Shown piece after piece: positions 1 through 9,893 of a DNA stretch of 64,000 nt; positions within the stretch are counted from its first letter, which is position 1, and every line of letters begins with the position of its first letter. Made by a program: the position numbers and the translations under genes. The notes beneath the pieces were generated by a model, which searched no databases, had not been told where the DNA came from, and was given only the letters and a program-made list of their open reading frames with translations. Source of the DNA: Planctomycetota bacterium (lineage in GTDB: Bacteria > Planctomycetota > PLA2 > JAEUHO01); contig CBDCTJ010000007.1 in the NCBI GenBank assembly GCA_965222115.1, forward strand, positions 608,001-672,000, read 5' to 3'.

Positions 1-558
1 ACCTATGCCACGTGGTGGATCAAACAGGCGGTGCGCCGCGCGCTCATGAACAAGGTGAAAACGGTGCGCATCCCCTCCTACATGGCGGAGGAGATCAATC
101 GCTGGCGACTGTTCGCTGCCCAGTTTGAGAAGGCCAACTCGCGCGAACCCACCCACCAAGAACTCTTGGATGAGATGAATCCGTTGCCCGGGCGGCGAAA
201 GCTCCTGTTGCGGCTCTATGACCACGCACGTAGCGGCCAGGCATCGGTGTCGCTCGATGTGCTGTTTGAGAGTGTCGATGCCGTCGTGGATCCGCGCGCG
301 GAACGTCCCGATTTGATCGATTTCACCTCGTGGGAGCGCGACCACCTGCTCAGCACGCTGGACGCGTTGCCGCCGCGCGAGTCGCAGATTCTTCGGATGC
401 GTTTCGGCCTCCGGGAAGTGGAGCGACCGATGACGCTGCGCGAAATCGCCAAGGTCATTGGCATTTCTCGCGAGCGCGTGCGACAGCTCGAGCACGCAGC
501 CATTCGCAAACTTCGCCGCAACCTCGGTGCCGACGATGCCAAACGAGCCTCAAGTTGA
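1..558 (+). CDS. sigma-70 family RNA polymerase sigma factor, RpoD/RpoS-like (5' truncated by window edge)
   Basis: Frame is open from base 1 (TYATWWIKQAVRRAL, region 2.3-2.4), then VRIPSYM and region 4.2 HTH TLREIAKVIGISRERVRQLE. Confidence 0.93.
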   Translation, partial: TYATWWIKQAVRRALMNKVKTVRIPSYMAEEINRWRLFAAQFEKANSREPTHQELLDEMNPLPGRRKLLLRLYDHARSGQASVSLDVLFESVDAVVDPRAERPDLIDFTSWERDHLLSTLDALPPRESQILRMRFGLREVERPMTLREIAKVIGISRERVRQLEHAAIRKLRRNLGADDAKRASS

Positions 559-1799
559 TGCGACGTGAGTCCGCGGCCACGGGGATGCGCCAGCGTGGGA
601 CGCATGCGGGGTGCGAGCCCGCCTCAAACGACTGGTGGAATGGGCGTGCCGAGGTCCCCAGCGCCCCGGTCGCCTCGCTCTACGTTCACATTCCGTTTTG
701 CGCCACCAAGTGTCCCTATTGCGATTTCAACTCCCATGCCGGTCGCGAATCGGAGATCCCGTCCTATGCCGAGGCGCTGGAGTTCGAACTTCGGCGATGG
801 GCCCCTAACTTGGCGTGCGATACAATCTTCGTAGGTGGCGGAACGCCTACGCACGGTACGTCTGACCAGCTCCGGCTCTATTTAGATGCAATGTGCAAAC
901 ATATTCCGCTTGTAGATGACTACGAGTGGACCATCGAGATCAATCCCGGTTCGCTTACGCGGGAGAAGGCGCTCGATCTGCGCCGCGCGGGGGTCAATCG
1001 CGTAAGTATTGGTGCCCAGAGCTTCTCGGCGAAGCATCTCAAGACCCTGGGCCGCGGGCACTCGGTTCAAGATACAGCGGAGGCGATGGCGATTTGCCGC
1101 GAAGCCGGATTCGAGTCGCTCTCGCTCGATCTCATTCTGGCGATTCCGGACCAGACCCTCCGGGAGCAACGTGAGGACCTCGAAGCAGCGCTTTCACTTG
1201 GCCCCGATCACGTGAGTACCTACGTTCTTACGTACGAACCGGGCACCCGCTTCACCCAGTGGGCCCAGGAAGGTCGTTTGCCTGGCCCAAACAGCGATCG
1301 CGAACTCGCGCACCTGACTCTCGCCTGCCACGAGTTGGGTCGCGAGGGCTTTGTTCGCTACGAGATCAGTAATTTCGCTCGTGACGGCGCCGTGTGCCGC
1401 CACAACCTTGCCTACTGGCGGATGGAAAACTGGATCGGCGTGGGTGCCGGCGCCCATAGCCACATCGGCGGGCGCCGATGGAAGTTGGTGGACGACCCGG
1501 CGAGCTATGCGCAGCCCATTGTCAACGGCGAACTACCACTCGCATTCGAAGAACAGTCAACAGCCTCTCAGCGCTTGGTCGAACGGTTCATGATGGGGCT
1601 GCGGTTGGAAGAAGGTGTTGACTTGCGTCGTGCCACGCACGAGTTGGGCGATGCGGTCGTGGCGCGCAGTCAAGCGGCGCGCTTGCGCCTTGAGTCGTTC
1701 GGTATGCTGACGATGCATGACGCTCAATTGCGCGCTACGCCAAAGGGGTTGGATGTGCTCAATGAGGTCGTGCTTCAACTCATCGCAGACATCAACTAG
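558..1799 (+). CDS. hemW: radical SAM heme chaperone HemW (HemN-like)
   Basis: LYVHIPFCATKCPYCDF (CxxxCxxC), GGGTPT, YEISNF, HNLAYW. The ATG at 558 overlaps the sigma TGA; exact start uncertain. Confidence 0.88.
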   Translation: MRRESAATGMRQRGTHAGCEPASNDWWNGRAEVPSAPVASLYVHIPFCATKCPYCDFNSHAGRESEIPSYAEALEFELRRWAPNLACDTIFVGGGTPTHGTSDQLRLYLDAMCKHIPLVDDYEWTIEINPGSLTREKALDLRRAGVNRVSIGAQSFSAKHLKTLGRGHSVQDTAEAMAICREAGFESLSLDLILAIPDQTLREQREDLEAALSLGPDHVSTYVLTYEPGTRFTQWAQEGRLPGPNSDRELAHLTLACHELGREGFVRYEISNFARDGAVCRHNLAYWRMENWIGVGAGAHSHIGGRRWKLVDDPASYAQPIVNGELPLAFEEQSTASQRLVERFMMGLRLEEGVDLRRATHELGDAVVARSQAARLRLESFGMLTMHDAQLRATPKGLDVLNEVVLQLIADIN

Positions 1800-1859
1800 G
1801 GGACTTCATTCCTTGTCGAACGAGTGTCTCGTTCACACCCGACCGCAAAGCGTGCTTTG

Positions 1860-2408
1860 CTAGGCGGGCTGGAAGCGACCCTTGGCGTAGTCGCGGCCCT
1901 TGGAGGAGAGTTGGTAGAGGCCACGGCGGCTGCCCTCTTGGAGGTGCTCGAGCTTGCGCTTGAGTATTCCCAGGGCGTTGTGGAGGTTCTTTGGGCGTTC
2001 CCACCCTGCGCGCTCAAAGCACCACAGGACATCGTCGCCCGATATCTCGCCGCGACCCTTTACATGCTGTAAGTAATGAAATGACAGGATGATACGATCT
2101 TGGATGGCCCCTCGGCCAGCGCGAATCGGGCGCCTGGCTGCAAAGTCGGCAAAGCTTGAGGCGCTCTCTCCGGTGGCGGGAGACTGTTCAGGGGATCGAG
2201 GGATGCCCACGGCGCTCTCGAGGAAGCGACGAAAGCGTAGAACCTGCTTTTCGACGAACTTCTCAGAGCCGGCAAACTCCAAATTTACACCGTCGGCCGT
2301 GAAGTGAAATACGGTTTCGCTCGCCGCCGCGGCGTCCATTGCCTGGCCGTTGTTGCCGGCGTCATGAATACGCCCGTTCTGTTGATGGGATCCTGGACCG
2401 TTGGTCAT
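1860..2408 (-). CDS. hypothetical protein with probable C-terminal winged-helix domain
   Basis: GGAGG RBS before ATG 2408; C-terminus ...NALGILKRKLEHLQEGSRRGLYQLSSKG has a wHTH wing pattern. Confidence 0.6.
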   Translation of the reverse strand: MTNGPGSHQQNGRIHDAGNNGQAMDAAAASETVFHFTADGVNLEFAGSEKFVEKQVLRFRRFLESAVGIPRSPEQSPATGESASSFADFAARRPIRAGRGAIQDRIILSFHYLQHVKGRGEISGDDVLWCFERAGWERPKNLHNALGILKRKLEHLQEGSRRGLYQLSSKGRDYAKGRFQPA

Positions 2409-3096
2409 GCGAACGCCTCCACGCACATGTGGTCTGAAGCGCTACCTCGAACCACCGTCCCCACTCGCTGTGTAGCGCGCACGATCCAACGTCCGCTTCG
2501 TTGAGCGCGTGACGTCCGCGCGCGTCGAGCAAAACCTATCGATCGTTTGCGACGACCTATTGTGAACGACGCCAATACCACAGCTTGATTCATGTCGATT
2601 GCGAACTTGTATGCCCCACTTACATCCATGCGCACACCAACACAACCGCTCGTATAGCGTTGCGTTGGATTGTCGCAGTTAGGGCGTGATTGAAGAGTCA
2701 TGCGTTCCTGATCGACGCCCGCATCCAGCGCGCAAGGAATGAATCGACGGACAGCAGGCCCAACGACAACCAAACTCCGCGCGCGCAGTCATGCGGTTAC
2801 CCCTATTGTATGGGCTTTCACGCGAATCTGCCGGATTCACACCAGTCATCAATCGCAATTTTGTGACTTGCAGTGTCGATGCGTGACTTGGTCACACAGC
2901 CAGCGTGCGTGTTGCACTACGTTTCGCGCATCTGTGCGCCAAGGTGAAACTACGCACCACTCGCCTCGCGCCATGCTGTGTTTGTTGAGTTGTCGAGTGG
3001 AAAGCTCAATCCTTGAAGGCGCCTCAAAATTCCGCCGTCCGAATCATGTCGAGTCCAAAGCGCCTACATTCTAGGTTGTGAGGCGAAGACGGCGGA

Positions 3097-3816
3097 TTAT
3101 CGTCCCAAGTGGAGTCGGTCGGCAAGAACCTCGGGTAGGCCCGCAGACACAATGGCATTGGCCGCCGCATCCACGTCATAGGCAACGCGCTTGAAGTCAA
3201 TCGTACGTGTCTCGTCGTCATACATTGCATACGCGGCATTCGGGTTCTCGTCGCGCGGCTGGCCCACGCTCCCAGGATTCGCAATACAGGCCTCGTCCTT
3301 CACCACGACGCGCTCCTCGAGCGAGTAGGTGATGGGGACGCCATGCGTAAACGCAACCGGCACATGGCTGTGCCCGACGAAACCCACCGGGGTACCTAGC
3401 ACGGCGAACGACAGGTACGCGTCGTAGGAGGTCTGCATGTAGTCAAAGACGTGCGGGTCGTGAATCGTCCCGTGGGCAATCGTAATATCGCCCGTAACTT
3501 CGAGTAGAGGTAGTCCTCGAAGCCAAGCGACATCAGCCTTCGATAGCGTGCGACGTGTCCATTGAATCGCCTTTCGGGCGTACTCATTGAAGTACTCGTC
3601 AGACAGCTGCCCCGTGATGGCGTAGTCGTGGTTGCCTGCCACTGTCAGCGCATCCAGCTCGCGTACGCGCGCGATACAGCCCCCCGGGTCGGCGCCGTAG
3701 CCAACCACATCCCCTAGGCACAGATACCGCTTGGCGCCGTGCTTCTCAGCATCGCCAATGACCGCGTCCAGCGCCTCCAGGTTGCCGTGGATGTCGCCCA
3801 AGACGCAGTAGCGCAC
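3097..3816 (-). CDS. metallophosphoesterase (calcineurin-like)
   Basis: GDIHGN, LGDVVGYG, GNHD, HG, GHSH and NPGSVGQPRD motifs. Confidence 0.92.
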   Translation of the reverse strand: MRYCVLGDIHGNLEALDAVIGDAEKHGAKRYLCLGDVVGYGADPGGCIARVRELDALTVAGNHDYAITGQLSDEYFNEYARKAIQWTRRTLSKADVAWLRGLPLLEVTGDITIAHGTIHDPHVFDYMQTSYDAYLSFAVLGTPVGFVGHSHVPVAFTHGVPITYSLEERVVVKDEACIANPGSVGQPRDENPNAAYAMYDDETRTIDFKRVAYDVDAAANAIVSAGLPEVLADRLHLGR

Positions 3817-3977
3817 GGTATTGCTCCTTGATAAGCCGTGAGCCGCCTCATCGATGGCAGCGTGCGTCCGAGGGAGACCGGGGAGTCTAACAGACGCGAA
3901 GAACAGCCCGCGTCAACAACTATCCTCGGACCAAAGCTCTGCCAATCTGAGGACTTATCTGTTGATCTCCCCGTCCG

Positions 3978-4706
3978 TTACGACCGTGTGGGAGCGGCCA
4001 ACGCCAAGCACAAGACGCCGGCAATTGCCGCACATGAACCCAGCAACATGGGAAGCAACACCCCTGCGTGCAGCGTCGCCGATGGAAACAAGCAGCGCAT
4101 GAACGAGCCTGGTGCTCCGCCCAATACCGCTACGGATTCCCACGGCACGTGCGAGGCCATCCAGGCCGCTGCGCCGCCCACCAATGCAACTGTGGGGTGC
4201 GTCCAGCGAGCAAAGAAGACTGCCCAAGCGCCACAGCTTGCCACCAATATGATTGAAGCCATAAGCTGCCCAGAACCTCTCACCCAACTATATGTATTAT
4301 GCAATGAAATAGATGGAGTGCTCTTGAGACTCGCTGATTTAGTGGTCAGGCCGAGGGACAAAATCGAAAATACAAGTCCCGCAGACAGGATGGCGACTAG
4401 CAGCGCGCCCGCCCACCGGCCAAGTACGCGCCCATGGCTTCCTGGCGCAGCTTGGTCGGCCGCCAAGCGAAACTGACTTCCACGGTCGTCTTCAAGGCTT
4501 CGTGCCACGAACCACGCAATCGTGAAGACCCCGCACATCAGGGCCGAACTCAAAAAGAGTGCGGGCATGGTTTCATTCGGATTGTCTAGAGCGAGAATCG
4601 AATAGGCGCCGCCAAACCACCCGAGAAATAGCCCCGTCCCTGCGATAATGTAGGTTGAGGGCCGTCGGAGACTTGAGCGTGCGGTACTCAGCGCATAGTG
4701 CCACAT
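3978..4706 (-). CDS. multi-pass membrane protein (ABC-2 permease-like)
   Basis: About six hydrophobic segments; EDDRGS...VLGRWAG pattern resembles ABC-2 permeases. Confidence 0.5.
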   Translation of the reverse strand: MWHYALSTARSSLRRPSTYIIAGTGLFLGWFGGAYSILALDNPNETMPALFLSSALMCGVFTIAWFVARSLEDDRGSQFRLAADQAAPGSHGRVLGRWAGALLVAILSAGLVFSILSLGLTTKSASLKSTPSISLHNTYSWVRGSGQLMASIILVASCGAWAVFFARWTHPTVALVGGAAAWMASHVPWESVAVLGGAPGSFMRCLFPSATLHAGVLLPMLLGSCAAIAGVLCLALAAPTRS

Positions 4707-4781
4707 GCCGAAATCTTCGCATGGGGCCTCCTCCTCGCCAAGTGTTGAGGGCCGTACGAATCGCCACACGTTTCAGGCGAG

Positions 4782-4797
4782 TGTTTCACGTGAAACA
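4782..4797. promoter_or_regulatory. parS: parS centromere site
   Basis: Perfect palindrome TGTTTCACGTGAAACA, matching the canonical parS consensus, ~50 bp upstream of parB. Confidence 0.95.
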
Positions 4798-4846
4798 TTC
4801 GCTCTGCCAGTTATCTAACCAGTTCATGTGCTTGAGGAGTCCGAGA

Positions 4847-5851
4847 ATGAAGGAGCGTAGACTTGGGCGAGGGCTTAGCGGGCTAATCCATCGAACCGAC
4901 CGCAAGGGCGCCGTCGATGCGCAGGAATCCACCGCGCCAGCACGGCGTGAAATCCCTGAAATCAAAGGGGAGCAGAAGACAGGGCCCAAGCCGAAGGCTC
5001 AAATTGACTCGGAGAACGGGGCCAGCCGTAGCTCGGCGACTCACAGGGCGCCCGCAGCTCGATTCGCGGCTATCGAGGACATCCGCCCCAATCCCTATCA
5101 ACCACGAGCCAGCATGGATGATGATGAACTCTCGGAGCTAAAGCACTCCATAGTGACTCATGGAGTCCTACAGCCCCTCCTCGTGCGAACGATCGAATCT
5201 GGGTACGAATTGATAGCTGGGGAGCGCCGATTGCGTGCAGCGACCGCGGCGGGCTTGAAAGAAGTGCCCGTTGTGGTGAAGGCGGCGAGCGAAGAGGATA
5301 TGCAGACCCTAGCGCTGGTCGAGAACATTCAGCGCGTGGACCTGAACGCGATTGAAAAGGCCGTCGCCCTTCGAACCATGATGTCGAATCTGGGGATCAC
5401 GCAGGGGAATGTCGCCAAGCGAGTGGGTAAGGCCCGAAGCACTATAGCCAATCTCCTACGTTTGCTGGACTTGCCCACTCCGGTGCTCGATCTCGTTCGT
5501 TCTGATGAGTTGTCCGAGGGCCATGCCCGCGCCTTGCTTCGCGTAAACGGCGATGCGAATAGGATTGCCGCTGCCGATAGAGCGGTGAGGGAGGGGCTCT
5601 CGGTTCGTGCCTTGGAGCAAATCGTAGGGGGCTCCGCAACCGGGAAGAAGGGGGCATCGACCAGGCGTGGTCCAGCCGGGTCGCAGGAAGGAGAGTCGAC
5701 AGACGTCTATATGGAGGACATTCGGATTCGGCTAGAGCGTGCACTGGGAACAGCGGTTCGCGTGCGTCGGAAGGGAATCGGCGGTGAGATCAAGATTGGA
5801 TTCCACGATGCCGACGATCTCGATCGGCTGCTTACGTTATTCGGAGCCTAG
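4847..5851 (+). CDS. parB: chromosome partitioning protein ParB
   Basis: N-terminal RRLGRGL ParA-contact peptide, [21 protein letters not shown] CTPase motif, ENIQR, HTH; GAGGAG RBS before ATG 4847. Confidence 0.96.
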   Translation: MKERRLGRGLSGLIHRTDRKGAVDAQESTAPARREIPEIKGEQKTGPKPKAQIDSENGASRSSATHRAPAARFAAIEDIRPNPYQPRASMDDDELSELKHSIVTHGVLQPLLVRTIESGYELIAGERRLRAATAAGLKEVPVVVKAASEEDMQTLALVENIQRVDLNAIEKAVALRTMMSNLGITQGNVAKRVGKARSTIANLLRLLDLPTPVLDLVRSDELSEGHARALLRVNGDANRIAAADRAVREGLSVRALEQIVGGSATGKKGASTRRGPAGSQEGESTDVYMEDIRIRLERALGTAVRVRRKGIGGEIKIGFHDADDLDRLLTLFGA

Positions 5852-5938
5852 AACATAACAAAATACTAACAGTAATGAGAACCGGCGTGGTGGTCTTCTC
5901 TTTGGATGAGTGTCCGAAGGGGTCGCTGCGTGCGCTGT

Positions 5939-7345
5939 CTAATTTCCGTCGGTCGGAGACCCGCTTTCGTCCTTTGGTGACTCCACCGCTCCTGCTTCAG
6001 CGTCGTCATTGTCTTCGTCGCCCTTTTCAGGGGCGGGTGTGGGCTTTTCGGGTGGATCTACCTTGTAGGCGTCTTGCTTGACAGTCTTCAATGACTTTTC
6101 GGTAGCCGTGGGGGGCGTGGTGCCACCATCGGACGACGTTGATGCGACAAGTGCATCGCCATCGTAGGCCAGCACCTTCACGATGCGCACAGGCACCTGC
6201 AGTGTGGTGCTTAGCTGCGTGTAGTTATCGTCGGTCTTCGCATCTTCGTCGTCGGCCCAGGTATCGGACTTGAAAATGCGATCCAAGGTTGCGAGCGATG
6301 CATCGTCAAGCAACTTGCCAATCGGTGTGAAGTTGTGATCCAGCGCCGGGCTGCGCTTCGCAACGAATACAAGTTGGCTGGGTTCGTCATACGGTGAAAG
6401 CGGGCCGTGCCATGCCATGACGGTGCCACGTTCTGCAATAATTTGGTGGCGCGCCTTAGCCGGCAACAACTGCACCAAGGGCTCTGCTTCCGTCACGTCC
6501 TTGTGGGTATCGCGTTCATAGGGTTTGGCGTCCTTGGAAGCGGCGTTCCCCGTGTGAATCGTGGAGCGATAGGGGTCATCGTCCGGGCCATCGACTTGCT
6601 TGGTCACGATGGCGCGCCCATCAAACGTGCCACGATTCACTTCGTTTACCACCGCATCCACCAAGGTCTTTGTGCTTTCGCCGTAGCAGCGAATGCGCAT
6701 ATCTCCGCGATTTGTGCGCACCAGCAAGGTGTACGCTCCGTCTGGCGCCATCGATCGCGCGCGGTACTTGGTTTCCCAGCCCCGGTTGGCTTCAAGCCAC
6801 TGCAGCAGTTGACGGGTGAGCGTGGGAGCGCCATCGGGATCGGTGCGGCACTGTTCCCAATTCAATGGGAAGTCTTTGAACGAGTCGCGAATGACTTCCA
6901 GATGTTGTTGCGCACGGTCAAAATACTTTTGGCGTTCTTCGGGGGAATCGATCTTCTCACCGGCAATAAGTTGATCGACGGCCGCCTTGGCAATGCGCCA
7001 GCGCACGTGAGGCTCAATGGCGCCGTCCCATCCCCCCGGCTTTTTCTCAAGGAATGACTCCAACGCAAGTTGATAGGAGTCGCGATCTTCGGTGGCCTTC
7101 GCGCTGGGTTCCCAGTCGCTACCAATACGGCGTGCGTCGTACCGTCCGCGCAGTGCGCCAAAGTAATTCCACGCTTCGGTATCTTTTTCACTCTTCTGAT
7201 TAAGCCAAAATGCGACGCCCGCACCGACCAGCACCAAGAGACCCGTCACGATCAATGCGAGCTTCAGGATGCGGGTCAACCGATCGGGATCGCTTAACGC
7301 GAATTCGCGATCGATCTCGGCATTCTCAGAGGGGTCCCTATCCAT
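5939..7345 (-). CDS. membrane-anchored protein with helical region and degenerate cyclophilin-type PPIase domain
   Basis: N-terminal TM; LVRTNRGDMRI, ERGTVMA and SQLVFV..SPALDHNFTPIGKL follow the cyclophilin motif order. Confidence 0.65.
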   Translation of the reverse strand: MDRDPSENAEIDREFALSDPDRLTRILKLALIVTGLLVLVGAGVAFWLNQKSEKDTEAWNYFGALRGRYDARRIGSDWEPSAKATEDRDSYQLALESFLEKKPGGWDGAIEPHVRWRIAKAAVDQLIAGEKIDSPEERQKYFDRAQQHLEVIRDSFKDFPLNWEQCRTDPDGAPTLTRQLLQWLEANRGWETKYRARSMAPDGAYTLLVRTNRGDMRIRCYGESTKTLVDAVVNEVNRGTFDGRAIVTKQVDGPDDDPYRSTIHTGNAASKDAKPYERDTHKDVTEAEPLVQLLPAKARHQIIAERGTVMAWHGPLSPYDEPSQLVFVAKRSPALDHNFTPIGKLLDDASLATLDRIFKSDTWADDEDAKTDDNYTQLSTTLQVPVRIVKVLAYDGDALVASTSSDGGTTPPTATEKSLKTVKQDAYKVDPPEKPTPAPEKGDEDNDDAEAGAVESPKDESGSPTDGN

Positions 7346-7515
7346 GGCGATTCGTTCCTTTGGTGCATCGAGCCTTTGGTGGTTCGGGTCTTTCGCGCCC
7401 CATGTTCTAAAGCCCGCGGCGTGATTCGGGGGCATCCTACATGGGCGTTGCTTGGCAACGACGGGTACCTCTGACGTCACGCGTTCGTGGCGCGCGGTAC
7501 CCCCTGGACCTAGCC

Positions 7516-8781
7516 CTACGGCTCGGGTGACTTGGCTTGAGACACACTTTGTTTGGCAACGGTATTGGCCTGGTCGGCAAGCGTATTGGGGTGATCAGGG
7601 AGTGGGAGAAACGCTTCAAGATGCGAAAGATTTCCCGCCTCTTTGATCAAGTTACGTGCCACGACCAGGCGTTGGACTTGGTTGGTGCCTTCATAGATCT
7701 GCGTGATCTTGGCGTCGCGCATGTACTTCTCGATGGGGTAGTCGCGCATGTATCCGTACCCGCCGAATATCTGCACCGCGTCGGTCGTGACTTTCATCGC
7801 CGCGTCGGTAGCAAAGAGCTTCGCCATGGCCGCCATTTTGGTTAGCGATTTGACGCCCGCATCGCAGGCCCTCGCCGAGGCGTAAATCAACTGACGACTT
7901 GCTTCCACATGGGCCGCCATATCAGCCAGGAGCGCTTGCACCATCTGAAAGCTCGAAATCGGCTGGCCGAATTGAATACGATTGGTGGCATAGACCGTGG
8001 CGTAGTCCAAAGCCCCCCGCGCAAGACCGGCGGCCTGCGCCGCCACGCCCGGACGCGCCCTATCCAACGTCATCATTGCGTGCTTGAAGCCCATGCCTTC
8101 GCGACCACCCAGGAGGCGGTCCTTCGGAATGCGGCAGCCGTCAAAGTGACACTCGACGACTGGAACGCAGCGAATACCCATCTTGTCTTCCGCGCGTCCA
8201 ATACGAAAGCCAGGGTCTCCCTTTTCAACAAGGAACGCACTCATGCGTCGCGAACGTGAGTTTGGATCGGTGACCGCAAAGATGCTGTAGATGTCGGCGG
8301 CACCGCCGTTCGTGGTCCACTTCTTGGCACCATCAATGACATAGTGATCGCCGTCTTTGGCGGCGCGCGTGCTTACACCCCCGGCGTCACTTCCTGCGTT
8401 GCGCTCGGAGAGGCCGAACGCAATAAGTCGCTTGCCCGCGGCGATATCCGGTAGGTACTTCTTCTTCTGCTCATCGGTGCCGGCCAGAAGAATCGGAAAG
8501 CTCCCCAGGGCATTGACGGCAAAGAGCACGCCAACGCCACCACAGGCGCGGGAAAGTTCTTCGACGACCAGGCATAGGTCCAAGACGCCACCGCCATGGC
8601 CGCCATAGGCTTTAGGAATCCACACGCCAAACAGGCCGGCTTCCGCCAGGGCGTCCCGAATTTCCCATGGGTATTCCTGCACGCGATCAAAGTGAGCGGC
8701 ACGCGGGCGAATTACGGACTCCGCAAGTTCACGGGCCGTGTCGCGCCAGCGACGGTTTTCCGCAGTTAGTAGCTCGTCCAG
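7516..8781 (-). CDS. acyl-CoA dehydrogenase
   Basis: FGLSERNAGSD, GAKKWTTNG, EDKMGIR, QIFGGYGY, KITQIYEGTNQVQR. Start placed at a CTG 6 nt after GGAGG; alternative ATG at 8814. Confidence 0.93.
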   Translation of the reverse strand: MDELLTAENRRWRDTARELAESVIRPRAAHFDRVQEYPWEIRDALAEAGLFGVWIPKAYGGHGGGVLDLCLVVEELSRACGGVGVLFAVNALGSFPILLAGTDEQKKKYLPDIAAGKRLIAFGLSERNAGSDAGGVSTRAAKDGDHYVIDGAKKWTTNGGAADIYSIFAVTDPNSRSRRMSAFLVEKGDPGFRIGRAEDKMGIRCVPVVECHFDGCRIPKDRLLGGREGMGFKHAMMTLDRARPGVAAQAAGLARGALDYATVYATNRIQFGQPISSFQMVQALLADMAAHVEASRQLIYASARACDAGVKSLTKMAAMAKLFATDAAMKVTTDAVQIFGGYGYMRDYPIEKYMRDAKITQIYEGTNQVQRLVVARNLIKEAGNLSHLEAFLPLPDHPNTLADQANTVAKQSVSQAKSPEP

Positions 8782-8967
8782 GGTGCACCTCCGCGGTGAC
8801 GCCCTGAGCCCCATGCTCAGCAGCGAACCGCGGAGTATAGATCCCTCGCGCACGTCGTCCCAACCGAGCCCGGGGTCAATCTGGGGGCAGACGCGGCAAG
8901 TCGAAGAAGGGCGATTGGTGACTTGGCGACCCACGTGAGTACGAGGGACGCCAAGTGCTAGTGACTC

Positions 8968-9025
8968 GTGCGAGGCGCCACTCGCCAATGGCCAGCGGCT
9001 AGTGCGAGGCGCCACTCGCCAATGG
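8968..9025. repeat. 24-bp exact direct repeat, 34-bp period
   Basis: GTGCGAGGCGCCACTCGCCAATGG at 8968-8991 and 9002-9025. Confidence 0.9.
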
Positions 9026-9430
9026 AAGGAGTCGCCGATCGCTAAGGCCGTCTTCGAGCCGGTGCCAGTACTGGACGTGGTCTTCGCCGCGCTGCCAGCT
9101 CAGGTAAACAATCTCACCGTCTACGTCACCATAGAAGTCGATTGCACCACTCTCGTAGTCCTTCACTGTGCCGCCGAGGCTTTCGATTTCCTCAATTAGC
9201 GACTGAAAGCGATCTAGCTCGCGCGCAACGCGCTCATCGGCCCGACGGAGCTCCTGATCCGCGCGAATCGACTCGGCACCTTCGGCTTCGTCCGCGCGCG
9301 TCTTGGCGGTCTCAAAGGCCTGCAACGCAGCATTGACGTTGCGGTAGGCCACAACGATGTCGTCTGCGATGCGACGAACCAGCGGAATCATCCGGCTGGC
9401 TTCTTCAGGGGTGAAAATTTTGCCTTTCAT
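8999..9430 (-). CDS. DUF2203 family protein
   Basis: KIFTPEEA..MIPLV, VKDYESGAIDF, VYLSWQRGE..V.YWH.LEDG...RR.L. Confidence 0.85.
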   Translation of the reverse strand: MKGKIFTPEEASRMIPLVRRIADDIVVAYRNVNAALQAFETAKTRADEAEGAESIRADQELRRADERVARELDRFQSLIEEIESLGGTVKDYESGAIDFYGDVDGEIVYLSWQRGEDHVQYWHRLEDGLSDRRLLPLASGASH

Positions 9431-9893
9431 GACCGTTGCTCCTAAACGGGGAACGGGAAGCCAAATGCAACTTCCGCGCCGAACCCCGGAAAGACCGATT
9501 GGCGCCAGCCGTTGGCCGGGCACAGGCCGCCAAATGGCCTCTCCATCTATCTAGACGGCTTTTCGGCCTCGAAAGTCGGTGAAAAAAATGTCAGATCGCC
9601 GTCCAGGGGTCGAAATTTCGGTGTGTGGGAGGGACGCGGGTGTCCCCGTTTGGGGAACGACAATGTGAGGGCCTTCAGGGTGTCCCCTGGGCGTAACGCA
9701 TGCGAACTATAGGCTATCAGGCGACCGGACCTAGCTGTCGAGCGGAGCACGGGGTTTCGATATCGCGCGCAGAACGTGGGGCTGGCACCGTGGTTCAGGC
9801 TAGCCGACCTCGGGGCCTACCCTATCGTGTGCGGTCCGCCCTCGTGTCTGAAGGGCGCCGCCCCGGTCTAGTCGGAGCCCTTTCGGAGCACTC

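Noticed and set aside
7516-9015. 499-aa acyl-CoA dehydrogenase and similar long N-terminal extensions (hemW 330, parB 4655, 17746, 43530, 61492)
   Set aside because: The extensions are non-homologous, mostly overlap neighbouring genes or regulatory DNA, and lack an RBS; they are longest-ORF artefacts in GC-rich DNA.
9783-9800. Sigma-54 promoter upstream of the FGE-domain gene
   Set aside because: TGGCAC is present, but the -12 position reads TTCA instead of TTGC.
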